NCBI GenBank assembly: GCA_963753595.1
Contig: CAVWCX010000036.1
Coordinates: forward strand, 64,001-128,000
DNA length: 64,000 nucleotides
Direction of reading: 5' to 3'
Source of the DNA: Candidatus Methanoperedenaceae archaeon
GTDB taxonomy: Archaea; Halobacteriota; Methanosarcinia; Methanosarcinales; Methanoperedenaceae
The position numbers were made by a program, and so were the translations under genes. How positions within the stretch are numbered: the first letter of the stretch is position 1; each line of letters begins with the position of its first letter. The notes under the pieces were generated by a model. It was not told the DNA's origin. It made no database searches and was given only the letters and a program-made list of their open reading frames with translations. This document shows, piece after piece, positions 39,764 to 50,345 of the stretch.

Positions 39764-41462
39764 GATGTTGCGAAACATATCTTAGTGGTGTTGTGAGGGC
39801 TTAGGGGCATGATTTCTCCGCAACGTGCAGTCACTCAATCCCAGACTTAACAGGCTAAATATAAAGTATTTACTATTCATGTATTTTTAAATATGTAACT
39901 CATTTTCATGAGTAAATCATTTGAAAATTCCCCGTGCCGTAGAATGCCTTCATTGTAAGGCTATTGAGAAAGTAAAGGTCATAAAATAAAAGATATACGC
40001 AGTTTTTACCAGGCTTTTATTAGAAAACAACATCCAGAGACGATATAACCTACCCTCACCCAGATCTCTTATAATTGGTTCCATAAATGAGCTATGAGCG
40101 ATTATTTTGTGTGTGGATAGGGTTTGGTATGCATGATAAGGATGCCTGTAAAAAGTGAATTTATTTCGGGGTTTAGTCAAACACCCGCCTATTTCTGAAT
40201 TGGTTATCTCAAACATAAAAACTAAAAGAAAAAAGGTTAGATTGTTCGTGATGTTTTTTTATAAAACTGTTCGATAACAAATCATCAAAAATTTCAACTT
40301 TCATGTTGTCAATAAAATCATTAGCACTTTTTAAATTCTTTATATCTTCTTTTTTAATTCCAATAATATCACTTTTGACTTCGGATATAAAGTTAATATT
40401 TAAAAATAACATCTCAATAAGTTCATTAGCAACAGCTTCTTTATTAATTTTCTCTAAAATTTCCATCCTTTTTATTGAGAAAAATTGTTTATATGCTTCC
40501 AATAGCTCTGCATATATTGAATCATTATTATCTCCTGCAATTTCATCCTCTAATAACTTATATTCATCTTGTTTGAACGGTGGCATCAATTGAGGGTATA
40601 TGTTAATTTCTTTTCCCGGCATTCTTGCTAATGTAAACTGAACCAATTTCAATTTGTGCTTAGATGTGTCATATTCTTTAGTAATTTTATCAAACGTCTT
40701 ATTTAGTTTAGTAAAATTTTTATTTTTATTTAAGAACTTTTTAAAATTACCAAATGAAACTTCTTTATCTGAAATTGATACCAACATATTCATTTTTAAT
40801 GACAGTTTAGTTTGAATCTTATCTTCATATCTTTGAATATAATATTGAAAAAACCCCGTTAAAATACCAACAAGTCCTATTATATTGTAAAAATTAGGCG
40901 GTATTTCTTCATTCAGAAGAATGTATCCATAATTAATGAATACTGCTACAGAAAACATCCAAATTATCAAAGTAAATAATAGATATTGAATGCTGTTTAA
41001 AAAAATAATTCTTAATAATAAAATTAGAATGAGAACTAGTTTACTCATGTAAAATCTGCGGTATATGTGGAAAGGTAAATTCACAACAGAGAAAATTATA
41101 CTTTTTAAATAATTAACAATATTGATTATAATATTCCATTTCATTGATTTTAAATTTGATATTATTATACATAGTATTTTATTTATACTTCTTATAAAGA
41201 AAATAATTATATCTAATTTTATCAAAATCAAATTTAACAAGAAAATTAGTAAAAATTGTATTAATGCTACTTCAATAAATTGATTGACCAAATAGAATAC
41301 TACTAAATTCGAAATAAAGAATGAGATTAAATCAAATATTTGCAGGAGGTATTTACCCTCCAAAAATAATTGCGTGAATGAATCCCCTTGTTGAGACATT
41401 TATTCTCTCCTTATAGTTGGTCCCCAGGATTCTTGACTTTCTGCAAAATGTTTCGCAACATC
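39764..41462. mobile_element. transposase-less cassette bounded by perfect 15-bp inverted repeats
   Basis: GATGTTGCGAAACAT at 39764-39778 and its reverse complement at 41448-41462. Confidence 0.6.
40209..41399 (-). CDS. very AT-rich multi-TM membrane protein of unknown function
   Basis: Several hydrophobic helices followed by a soluble C-terminal domain. Confidence 0.6.
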   Translation of the reverse strand: MSQQGDSFTQLFLEGKYLLQIFDLISFFISNLVVFYLVNQFIEVALIQFLLIFLLNLILIKLDIIIFFIRSINKILCIIISNLKSMKWNIIINIVNYLKSIIFSVVNLPFHIYRRFYMSKLVLILILLLRIIFLNSIQYLLFTLIIWMFSVAVFINYGYILLNEEIPPNFYNIIGLVGILTGFFQYYIQRYEDKIQTKLSLKMNMLVSISDKEVSFGNFKKFLNKNKNFTKLNKTFDKITKEYDTSKHKLKLVQFTLARMPGKEINIYPQLMPPFKQDEYKLLEDEIAGDNNDSIYAELLEAYKQFFSIKRMEILEKINKEAVANELIEMLFLNINFISEVKSDIIGIKKEDIKNLKSANDFIDNMKVEIFDDLLSNSFIKKHHEQSNLFSFSFYV

Positions 41463-41499
41463 CTGTGTTTTTTTTTTGTTGGCATAATTTTACATTCCA

Positions 41500-41841
41500 T
41501 TAGTCTGGAAGCCCTACTTCAGTCGTTGCATCAGCCAATAGATGAAATACATATCCAAGGAAAAAACTTGAAATAATATAGAAGGTAGAAAAAAATAGAC
41601 CAACTAAAGTTGCTGTAGCTAAAATTTTCCCTGTTAGTTTTAAAGCCCTTTTACTATGACCTAAGCCTCTATGCATCCAACTTGTAGGCGGTTCTAAAAT
41701 ATCTGGAATAATAGAACCTAAGACAACAGCTATAAATGCATAAGTGATCGCTTCAGTAGAAATTTTAATAATTATATATATAAAATAAGTATACAAAAAA
41801 AATGCAACCACTCCTATTGTTAAGTGCTGTTGCTTATTCAT
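41500..41841 (-). CDS. YdjM-like membrane metal-dependent hydrolase (short)
   Basis: H, GSIIPD, HRGLGHS, GYVFHLLAD motifs. Confidence 0.8.
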   Translation of the reverse strand: MNKQQHLTIGVVAFFLYTYFIYIIIKISTEAITYAFIAVVLGSIIPDILEPPTSWMHRGLGHSKRALKLTGKILATATLVGLFFSTFYIISSFFLGYVFHLLADATTEVGLPD

Positions 41842-42224
41842 GTATTTTTTGCAGCTTGTATCGCTCGATACATCTCTAAAATATCAGACCTTTCTCCATT
41901 GATTTTGAACTGATTTAGCTTAAGATGCATTTTCTTGAAAACAATTCCTTCTTCAACCATATTGTAAGATGTTATTTGATTAAGTGGTATTTCATTAATT
42001 ATATCGGATTTGAATATTAATCCCGCTCTTTTATAAAAGATAATTCGATTTTTTGTTACATAGCCCTTAAAACCCGCTGCTATATCGTTATTATTTGTCC
42101 CTACATACAAATTACCTATTGTTGCATAAATAAGCATTTCATTCGGCATTAGGAATTTTTCTATTCCAAGACCAGACAATCTTGAAGTTTCGCTTACAGT
42201 TTTTTTTAAAATTTCTTGAACCAT
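41838..42224 (-). CDS. bacterial PH-domain (bPH_3-like) protein
   Basis: L..NE, YVTKNRIIFY..GL...EIPLNQITS. Confidence 0.7.
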   Translation of the reverse strand: MVQEILKKTVSETSRLSGLGIEKFLMPNEMLIYATIGNLYVGTNNNDIAAGFKGYVTKNRIIFYKRAGLIFKSDIINEIPLNQITSYNMVEEGIVFKKMHLKLNQFKINGERSDILEMYRAIQAAKNT

Positions 42225-42443
42225 AATTCATTCCTCGGTAAAATAATAATAATAATTATCATAATAATTGCTATAGCTAATAAACATATCATAAATAATG
42301 AAAAGTTAGCATGCTCATATGACAAGCAAGGAGATTTTTCAAACTCGTTGTTACTGCGTCTAACCCTAAATTATATTCAGTTATTCAACATATAAGAAAT
42401 CCGTGATTGCAGTCATCGACCTCCGAATAGAATTCGGGGTGAA

Positions 42444-45400
42444 TCAGTCCGAAACTATGCCTTCACTCAGCGTTTCCTGGACAATCTCCCTTACCACTTC
42501 CCTGAACTCCGGGTCATTATAATCGAACCCTGTAGTTTGATCGGGTTCCTGAGATAACTGCTGGTCAGAATACCATGCTTGCGGCTCTCCCAAACCTATC
42601 ACTGGTTCCGTTTCAGATGCCGGGCTCTCCACAACCGCCCGGATCTCACTAATATTCCTTGGTCCGATGTAGTTTTTACCCGATATTCCTTCCCATCCCG
42701 CCCCTGAGATTAATGGATTGGCTATCTGCGCCAGCTCTTGATAACGGGGATCCCTCGTGATCAATATGCGGTTCTTGACCTCTTCCGGAGTCCCGGGTCT
42801 GAAACCCGTCACCGGGCCATAGCTTTTCATTGCCGCGTAGTAAGCGGTGATTTTCTTGAGGTCAACCAGCTTCTCGATGTCTTCTGGTTTTGCAAGTTCG
42901 GGGGCATTGCCGTAGCGAACAGCATATTTGTCATAACCGCCAATGTCCATTGGTTGGAATCTGGACAGATCCGTACCCTGCACAGGCAGATCGAACTCCT
43001 TTCCCTGCTCTGCATCCCGCAGCCCTGATACCTTGTCATACTGCGCCCTGTACTCAACTAGCGCAGCCTCGATGACATTTATCTGCGCCTCAGACGTTGG
43101 GTCGGTGTAACCTTTCGCCCTGGCATCCTCTACCTTTTTCTTTTCTCCCCTGAGATCCTTTTCTGCGCTTCGTATCGCCGACCTGACGGTATTCAACTGC
43201 CGGTTATAAATCTTGATGTTTGCCGATTTCCTGAGATCGTAGCGCTTCTTTTCCTTTTGGGCTTCATTCTCAGGACGGCCCCGTGTATCCAGAGTACGCG
43301 CATTGATCTCTTCCACACCAGTGGAATACTCCTGCTCGACTCTCCCCCACGCCTCTTCCTGCTGAAGTTCACGCTCTGGAAGATTCTCAATATAATTCTG
43401 CGCGCTCAGCCATTCCATATTCTCTTCCCGCGTCTGCGTGATGTAGTTCCATGGCAGCGGCGGACCTCTGAGCACCGCTGGATAGACATGCCCGCCCTGT
43501 AGCTGCTCAAACTCACCCGATATGCCTGACTGCGCACTTGCCCAGTTATCCCTCTGCATCAGTGCCAACCGCTGCTCATATGAAAAGTCGTTGGGTCTTC
43601 CTGTATATTTCCTGTATGCATCCCGGATATCTGTGTCACTATTCTTCCTGATATCTGTCTTAGCCTGACCGACACCTGTAAGATATTTCACTCCTTGTTT
43701 CTCGGCATTTCTATCTTCGTAAACGTCCGAAAGCGTCCCAACATCTCTTCCGGTGCGCCCCACAATCAGATTTGACTCTGCGCTGTTCTGTGGATTATAC
43801 CACTGCAAGATAGGATCAAAATCCTTGCCCGTATACGTATTGAATCCCAGTCCCTTCTCCAATGGATACTTGGCAAATGGTGTAGTAGCGCTGAAACCGT
43901 ACAGCAGTGGGTCGCTGTAGGCTTCCAGATCAGTCGCTGGTGTGCGCATATAATTGAACGTGCCCGTGGACTTGTCCCATGGATACATCCATGTAATATC
44001 TCCTTCGGTATACTGCGGGAGCTCCTGGCCGTTGACTGCGGCTTCATTAAGTTTCCCGAACTGCGCAAACTTCCCCGGGCTTTTGACCAACTGCTTCCCC
44101 ATTAGCGGGACATTGCCGCGCATCCATGCATAAAATGGCACTGCCCGCTTCATATAATCGCGCTCGAACGGAGTGAATGACTCCTTGGAATACTGGAACT
44201 GGAACTCGGAGACCCATGACCTGGCTCCCTGTATCGTGTCTCCTTTCATTATCCGGTCGTTAAATAGTGAGAGGCGGATGAAGTTCTCTTCATACTGGGC
44301 TACTGTTATCGGGGCATTCGCTCCCTTCTTTGCCAATTCTATAGCTTTCTCCTTCTGCGTATCCGCTATCTCATAGGAGAGCTTCTGAATATCCATCATG
44401 CCTGGCTGGCTGAGAATTCCTGATTCGCCAGCCATTTTGAGTAGTTTCTGCCCTGAATATTCTTCCCCCAGCGCTGTGGTAAAGACCTTTTCCTTATCCC
44501 CACCCAGTAAAAGTCTTGAGCTTCGATAATAGGATATCGGGTCAACCTCAGCTAACCAGTTGTTGAAAATGCCGCCCACCATATTCGATGCATGATATGC
44601 GGGATGGGTTACAGTTGCACTGTATTTCCATGCATTCAATGCTTTATCGTAGAGCTGCAGTGCGGCGCCGGTATCTCTTTGCACGAACTCTTTCTCGATA
44701 TCTTCTGCGATTGGTTTTGGCAGCCACGCCCCTTTTATATAATCTACTGAACTCTGCACATATTCATCCGGTGATACCCGTGCCACATCTTCTGGAACGC
44801 CGTACTTCTCTACCGTCCACTTCAAAAGTTTTGCCTGTTCCACTGCCTGTATGCTTTCGGCTCTTCTGATGGACGTTGCTTTGAACGGGTTTGCCTCGAA
44901 GTAATCAAAATCTACTCCGAGTTCCTTTCGTGCCCTTTCATTGATCCCGGATACCGTTCCCTGTATGCTCCGTTTCGTTGTGAACTTGTTTTCCACAGAA
45001 AGCGGGGTGTACAATTCTGTCGAGACCTTCTTGCCCCCCTTTTCCAGGTACTTCTTCGCCTCAGGGGTCAAAGTGTGCCTCAAGTAACCCGACATCTCCG
45101 TATCCAGCAGCCCAAGCTCCTTCTCCTGCGCCGCAAATCCCTTGTTGTAAGACTCCAACTCTTCCACTATAGCCAGTTGCTCCTTTGTGAGCTTTCCAGA
45201 TTCGCGGGTCACGGGCGTCTCTATCAGGTTAGAGACGATCTCTTCGTAGTTCTCTCCGAAGGCTTTCCTTGCTTCTTTTGCCAGCTCAATATCTCTTTCC
45301 GTGCCCTGAGCTATATCGAACCTGACCTTCTTTGGCAGGAGCATCGCCTTCTCGGCATAATCCGCCTCCATCGGAAGGAGTCTGGACGACCTCGGAAGAC

Positions 45401-48400
45401 GCTTTACTGCTGCCCTCACCACGAATTTGTTTTCCAAATACTCCTGCATCCCGATTGCTTTCTTGAATGCTGCTGGATGTTCCAGAGAGAACTGCATCGC
45501 TCCTGTTTTTGCAGCATTCGTTACCGGGTCAAATACACTTCCAGGGATCAGATTCACTTCCTGCCCCCAGCCTCGAAGATTCACCCCGCCTGCAGCAAGG
45601 ACTGTCTTCTGAAACGCCGGATTTTGCTCTATATGGTGTGCGAACTCAAGGGTTCCCATCTCTTCACCATACTTTTTCGTGAATGTCGAAAGTTCCTTAA
45701 CACCCGTTTTACTCAGTTTCAGCGCCTTTGCGCCCTTCCCGCCCACTGACCCGATCTTGACAGCCGCGCCAGAACCTAGCGAGAGGTATGTGGTCGGGGC
45801 AACTGCTATATCTAAAACAGTTCCTGCTGCGCCACGCAACGAGAAGAGACTTGTATCTTTGTTCTGGATGCCCCATGCCATGGATGGGGTTATCCGGTCT
45901 TTCCAGTCGTATCTTTTGGAGTCTCCGGTGAGCATGGCCTGCGCGTTCAAGATCGTTGCGCCTTCTATGTAACTGTCCATGTTCAGTATATCCACAGCAG
46001 TTCCGAGAATGCCCTGTTCTTCCGATGGCATCAGCGTCTGCCTGACCTGTTCCCTGCCAGCTTCTTGTTCTTCTTTTGGCAGGCTATAAAATGATGAAGT
46101 TGCTGCGATCCCTGCCCCCACACCAAGTCCTAAATTAATCCATGAAAATTTCTTTTTATCTGCGTTTCGTGCCTGATATTCGGCTGTTTCTTTTACACCC
46201 TTGCGCTGCAATTCACGGATTTGTTCGATTTGTTCAGGAGTTGTTATCTCTCCGCGAGATTCACGACGGGCTATAATTTCCTCTACCGTCGTTTCTGAAA
46301 TCCTATCGATTTCAGTCTGCGTGGTTTTTACGATGATTGGTGGTGATTTTATTGGAACCGTTGGTATAACTGGGGGTGTTGATGGCGGTATTATCGGCGA
46401 TGCCGTTGATGTTGAGGCAAGAGGTGACGGTATTGGGGATTTCGGTATGTTGTCGCCCATGAATGTATCCTGGAATATCAGGTCATCCAATTCCCTTCTC
46501 TCAGACATCGATAATTGATTGTAACGCTTTTTAGATAGTTCTTCCAGTCGTGGTTTTACTACTGGTATTATTGGATTTTCTACATAAAATGGATTTATAA
46601 ATTCTGGTTCCTCTAGTTCCTTTTTTTTGTAATCTTTTAACCAATAAGATATTGGTTTGTCTGGATTTATGTTATATTCTTGCCACTTTTTGAAATTATT
46701 TTGTATTAAGGTTGTACTTTCTGGCAAATCGGTTTTTGCATAATACTCAAGAGTCAGTTCCTTCAATTCATTTTTTTCAGTCCAAGACAATTGATCATAA
46801 GGCTTTTTAGATAGTTCTTCCAATCTTGATTTTGTAGCTGCACCCATTGGTTGGGCATCATACTCTGCCATTAGTCTGTCTATCGTCCACTCTTCATCTG
46901 GTGTTTCACTGAGCAGTTTCTTCACATATGCCGAACGTGAGATGCCAGCTTTTTCCCACGATGTTAGATCGGGGCTTTTCCCAAGTTCTCCGACCTCATT
47001 TGCAAGGAACGACTTGAAACCAGGTTTTGTAAACCCCAACCCTTCAATTCCCCTGGCTAACTTCTTTGTTTTGGTGACCGCGCCTATTCCTATTAAATTG
47101 GTTGGTTGTGCAACGATATCTGTCACAAGGGCTGCTAATGGATCTTCTATCCCAAAAACGTTCGATGGTTGAATTTTATTACGAATACCTCCCATTGCCC
47201 CAATCCCCGCATAACTTCCCCAAGCAGCCTGGTCTATGAATGATAATGGAGTTAATGCCGCCCCAACCGCCTGCAGGCCAGTCCATGCAATATCTAATGG
47301 CAAGTATCTTCTATACAGTGATAATGTACCATCTTGTGCCTTCTTTTTGAAATCTTCGCTTCTTGCCTGATCGTCTGCATATACGTCAGCGAGATTCTGA
47401 TACCAGATACTTCCGAGTTCTCCCAGATTGTTATATATTTCTGTGAGCGATTCCTGTATCAGCGGATGAGTGTTTATTCCCATCGATTGCTGTGAATCGA
47501 TCTGCGCCATGCCTCCTGTCACATTGCTCTGCAGGAACGGTAGACCCATAAACGGCAGGAATGCTGCTAAGTCACCGGGTTCATCTCCAAGGCCGGGATT
47601 CTTTAAAAGCGCCATATCCGTTTTTTGGATCGGCATCTCAACTACCTTCCCTGACTTTGTCGTGTAAGTTATCATGCCCTTTGCAGGATTTATCGAGTAT
47701 GGCTTTGAATAATCACGAAGTTCAACCTTGCTCCCGGGTAATATAAGCGGCGGCGCAGTATTGAACGGCATCGGTTTTATCTCTTCTATCGCTGAGTACT
47801 GGTTGACGTTGAGATTCCATCTGCCCTGCCACTCCTGGCTTGCGACATTACCGAAATAATAGTTCTTTCCCTTCTCTACCTTCGGGATATTCTGCTGCTG
47901 GTTCCTCCATACTGTGAACTTGATACTTTCCCCCGATGAGTCCTTAAGGAGTCCTACCTGTGAGATCTTCGGACTGGTCGGGTCCCACAATTCTGTGACC
48001 TGGCCCCGCAGTGATGCGAAGGTGAAGTCCTTTGTCTTAACACCTTTTACCGTCGTGAGTGCACCCCATTTTGCAGTATCAACCTCAACATCATCAGCGC
48101 GCGCTGCCACTTTCAATGACTGCATATGCTCTTTTAGTCCCAGCGTACCACCTTTCTTCGACCAATGTTCAAAGAATGAGAACGGAGCGGTCTTTGCATA
48201 TTCTGCAGCCATCTGGGGATCTAACAAATAATTGTTTATGAACTGAAGCTCCTGCTGTGCTGCTTCCTTATCCCTCCATTGCTTTTGCGTGAATATTGTG
48301 GCTTTGTTCAGTACCTTTTCTGGATCCTTGAAAGATAATAGGTCAGTACCGAGAGTGCCGGGTATCCGAGCGCCTGTGAAGAAAGATCCCGACAACTGCT

Positions 48401-49217
48401 CAATAGCTGTTGGTGTTTCATATGCTTTGTTTGTATTTATCCAGTCTAACGGAATACCTCTTTTCTCGTCCCATTGAGTTGCCCCCATTTTGTATAGGCT
48501 GTCATCAAGGCTTTCCAGCTTCTTTGAGGTGCTCAGGTCAAGGGGCAGCCCCGCCTTCATCCTGGATATGCTTTTGTCTATCTGGTCCTTCTCAACTAAC
48601 TGGGCTCTCACCAAATCGTCCAGCTCTTTCTGAGACCAAATGCTTGCGCCTGACTGCTTTAACCCAATAATCTTTTGAATATTTGATTCGATGGTAACCC
48701 GCTTGCCCTCTAATATTCTCGCCATGCCTGTTGTAGTAGAGTACCCACCAATCTCGGCTTCGGCGTTATCTAATATATCCCTGCGATACTCCAGCTTCTT
48801 GAGTACAATTTCTTTCGTTCCCTGTGGTAGGTCTGAAGTAACGATTTTGTTAATTTCTCTGTCGGTAAGCCTGCGTTGCACACCAAGTGGTGAGTAACTG
48901 TTCATATTGACATCGAACGCTCGCGGACTCAATATATCTGGTTCAGTCCGTTTGATACCTGCATGCAGAGGTTTCCATGTCTGGTCCCACGGAGGTTTCC
49001 ATTTGTCACCCAAGGCTGCCGACTTCTCGAATGAAGACTCAAATAGGCTAAGCGGTTGCTCTATATTAACGTCAGGTGCCGTCCTGGCTGCCGATCGTTC
49101 CGTCTGTATCTTTTTTATCGCCCTGCCGACTTCCATCCTGATCCTGGTTGTTGCCTCCCCGGATCCCTGGAGTGTTTTGAGAAGTTCCTTAAGCTTCTGG
49201 ATTTCGGCAAAGCTCAT
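42444..49217 (-). CDS. 2257-aa polyvalent virion/ejection-like protein in the tape-measure position
   Basis: RPA-like OB fold at ~47776-48029, helical large-polyvalent-type region at ~43750-44660, His-Me-like motif at ~43410-43586. Confidence 0.7.
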   Translation of the reverse strand: MSFAEIQKLKELLKTLQGSGEATTRIRMEVGRAIKKIQTERSAARTAPDVNIEQPLSLFESSFEKSAALGDKWKPPWDQTWKPLHAGIKRTEPDILSPRAFDVNMNSYSPLGVQRRLTDREINKIVTSDLPQGTKEIVLKKLEYRRDILDNAEAEIGGYSTTTGMARILEGKRVTIESNIQKIIGLKQSGASIWSQKELDDLVRAQLVEKDQIDKSISRMKAGLPLDLSTSKKLESLDDSLYKMGATQWDEKRGIPLDWINTNKAYETPTAIEQLSGSFFTGARIPGTLGTDLLSFKDPEKVLNKATIFTQKQWRDKEAAQQELQFINNYLLDPQMAAEYAKTAPFSFFEHWSKKGGTLGLKEHMQSLKVAARADDVEVDTAKWGALTTVKGVKTKDFTFASLRGQVTELWDPTSPKISQVGLLKDSSGESIKFTVWRNQQQNIPKVEKGKNYYFGNVASQEWQGRWNLNVNQYSAIEEIKPMPFNTAPPLILPGSKVELRDYSKPYSINPAKGMITYTTKSGKVVEMPIQKTDMALLKNPGLGDEPGDLAAFLPFMGLPFLQSNVTGGMAQIDSQQSMGINTHPLIQESLTEIYNNLGELGSIWYQNLADVYADDQARSEDFKKKAQDGTLSLYRRYLPLDIAWTGLQAVGAALTPLSFIDQAAWGSYAGIGAMGGIRNKIQPSNVFGIEDPLAALVTDIVAQPTNLIGIGAVTKTKKLARGIEGLGFTKPGFKSFLANEVGELGKSPDLTSWEKAGISRSAYVKKLLSETPDEEWTIDRLMAEYDAQPMGAATKSRLEELSKKPYDQLSWTEKNELKELTLEYYAKTDLPESTTLIQNNFKKWQEYNINPDKPISYWLKDYKKKELEEPEFINPFYVENPIIPVVKPRLEELSKKRYNQLSMSERRELDDLIFQDTFMGDNIPKSPIPSPLASTSTASPIIPPSTPPVIPTVPIKSPPIIVKTTQTEIDRISETTVEEIIARRESRGEITTPEQIEQIRELQRKGVKETAEYQARNADKKKFSWINLGLGVGAGIAATSSFYSLPKEEQEAGREQVRQTLMPSEEQGILGTAVDILNMDSYIEGATILNAQAMLTGDSKRYDWKDRITPSMAWGIQNKDTSLFSLRGAAGTVLDIAVAPTTYLSLGSGAAVKIGSVGGKGAKALKLSKTGVKELSTFTKKYGEEMGTLEFAHHIEQNPAFQKTVLAAGGVNLRGWGQEVNLIPGSVFDPVTNAAKTGAMQFSLEHPAAFKKAIGMQEYLENKFVVRAAVKRLPRSSRLLPMEADYAEKAMLLPKKVRFDIAQGTERDIELAKEARKAFGENYEEIVSNLIETPVTRESGKLTKEQLAIVEELESYNKGFAAQEKELGLLDTEMSGYLRHTLTPEAKKYLEKGGKKVSTELYTPLSVENKFTTKRSIQGTVSGINERARKELGVDFDYFEANPFKATSIRRAESIQAVEQAKLLKWTVEKYGVPEDVARVSPDEYVQSSVDYIKGAWLPKPIAEDIEKEFVQRDTGAALQLYDKALNAWKYSATVTHPAYHASNMVGGIFNNWLAEVDPISYYRSSRLLLGGDKEKVFTTALGEEYSGQKLLKMAGESGILSQPGMMDIQKLSYEIADTQKEKAIELAKKGANAPITVAQYEENFIRLSLFNDRIMKGDTIQGARSWVSEFQFQYSKESFTPFERDYMKRAVPFYAWMRGNVPLMGKQLVKSPGKFAQFGKLNEAAVNGQELPQYTEGDITWMYPWDKSTGTFNYMRTPATDLEAYSDPLLYGFSATTPFAKYPLEKGLGFNTYTGKDFDPILQWYNPQNSAESNLIVGRTGRDVGTLSDVYEDRNAEKQGVKYLTGVGQAKTDIRKNSDTDIRDAYRKYTGRPNDFSYEQRLALMQRDNWASAQSGISGEFEQLQGGHVYPAVLRGPPLPWNYITQTREENMEWLSAQNYIENLPERELQQEEAWGRVEQEYSTGVEEINARTLDTRGRPENEAQKEKKRYDLRKSANIKIYNRQLNTVRSAIRSAEKDLRGEKKKVEDARAKGYTDPTSEAQINVIEAALVEYRAQYDKVSGLRDAEQGKEFDLPVQGTDLSRFQPMDIGGYDKYAVRYGNAPELAKPEDIEKLVDLKKITAYYAAMKSYGPVTGFRPGTPEEVKNRILITRDPRYQELAQIANPLISGAGWEGISGKNYIGPRNISEIRAVVESPASETEPVIGLGEPQAWYSDQQLSQEPDQTTGFDYNDPEFREVVREIVQETLSEGIVSD

Positions 49218-49242
49218 TGGGATCAGCGATTATTGTTTCGGC

Positions 49243-49617
49243 TTAACTATCTGTACCGAACAATTCTTGTGTTATTGCCATACCGACTGCCTTATAAGTC
49301 CTGAGCGGATCACTTTTTAGTATCTCGACCTGTTCGGGTGTCAGTTTGCTCTTGGATATGACCGAGCCAATGAGACTTTGCTTTGCCTTCGCTCTATCTA
49401 AAGGGCCAGCAGGTGTGCCGCCAGTGATTATGTCTATTAGCAGGAAGTCCTGGACATTCAAAGACTCTAACTGGATCAGTTGTCCACCCAGAACCACAAC
49501 TAATCCTGATTGCTCCGGCAGAGATTCCGGCGCTTCTGCGCCGATCTCCTGTGCCTTTTCAGTTATATTTTGTGGGTTTGGCTTGTTATCCACGCCACCC
49601 ACTACCTTTTCTTCCAT
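49243..49617 (-). CDS. putative tail assembly chaperone
   Basis: Position between the tail tube and the giant ORF. Confidence 0.5.
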   Translation of the reverse strand: MEEKVVGGVDNKPNPQNITEKAQEIGAEAPESLPEQSGLVVVLGGQLIQLESLNVQDFLLIDIITGGTPAGPLDRAKAKQSLIGSVISKSKLTPEQVEILKSDPLRTYKAVGMAITQELFGTDS

Positions 49618-49626
49618 CCTGTCACC

Positions 49627-50247
49627 TTATGTTGTCTTAAACGCTACCGGGTGCTTGAATGTCAGCGTGAAGGTTTCCATTGCGATTCCGCCTGCTTCCA
49701 GACTGTCGTTCATCTCGTTTACCCTGGCTTCCTTGTATATTCGGTAGCTTATCGGAGTGGTATTTGAGTACTTTTTTGCGATGACCATGTAAGCGTCGTT
49801 TTTCGCACAATCAGTAAACTTGGTCATCAGGTCGTGGTTTGTTGCCTGCGCGAACGCTATGTTCAATGCTCCAGATCTTTGCACCACATCCACGGTCACA
49901 GCATCGTTGCCCAGCTCTGCTATCTCTATGGTCTTTGTTGATACCTTCATCTGGATTGCCTGCTGGACGCTGTATGCGCCGTTTTTGATTTTTGGCATAT
50001 ATACCTGGACTATCTGCCCTACTGTGCATGCCGGAATGGCCACTACGGCAGGAGTCGCAGACGATACTGTTATGTCGGCTGATGCGACCTCTACATTATC
50101 CACATAAACCCTGGTGTATTCCGGAGTTGTCTCCCCGGCTTTGTTTGCCATTGTGAAATCTGTCTGCGCTGCGGTTGCAGTGAATTCTTTAAACTCAGCG
50201 TCATAGGTTTCTATGACGACATTTTTGCCTTTAGTTACCTGTACCAT
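49627..50247 (-). CDS. putative tail tube protein
   Basis: IEIAELG...SGALNI...IYKEARV...MET.TLTF tube-like pattern; N-terminal Ig-like insert. Confidence 0.6.
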   Translation of the reverse strand: MVQVTKGKNVVIETYDAEFKEFTATAAQTDFTMANKAGETTPEYTRVYVDNVEVASADITVSSATPAVVAIPACTVGQIVQVYMPKIKNGAYSVQQAIQMKVSTKTIEIAELGNDAVTVDVVQRSGALNIAFAQATNHDLMTKFTDCAKNDAYMVIAKKYSNTTPISYRIYKEARVNEMNDSLEAGGIAMETFTLTFKHPVAFKTT

Positions 50248-50305
50248 ATTTTGAAGTCTCCTTTCAAAGAGTGTATGCTCTTTTTATTATGATATGTGGG
50301 GGATT

Positions 50306-50345
50306 GTATTTAAAAGTAACTTACTATTGTAATATCTAAGTAATA
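50306..50345 (-). promoter_or_regulatory. internal viral promoter for the tail tube operon
   Basis: ATTACAATAGTAAGTTACTTTTAAATA on the minus strand; shares GTAAGTTA with 60557 and 63379. Confidence 0.55.

Noticed and set aside
39950-40216. 88-aa ORF in cargo slot 1
   Set aside because: No motifs or clear RBS; cannot be supported
45075-45749. 224-aa plus-strand ORF and the many other antisense ORFs in the track (e.g. 52902-53606, 7617-8060, 59488-60015)
   Set aside because: Shadow frames of well-supported genes with no recognisable motifs
49217-49300. Programmed -1 frameshift of the tail assembly chaperone
   Set aside because: No XXXYYYZ slippery site found near the 3' end
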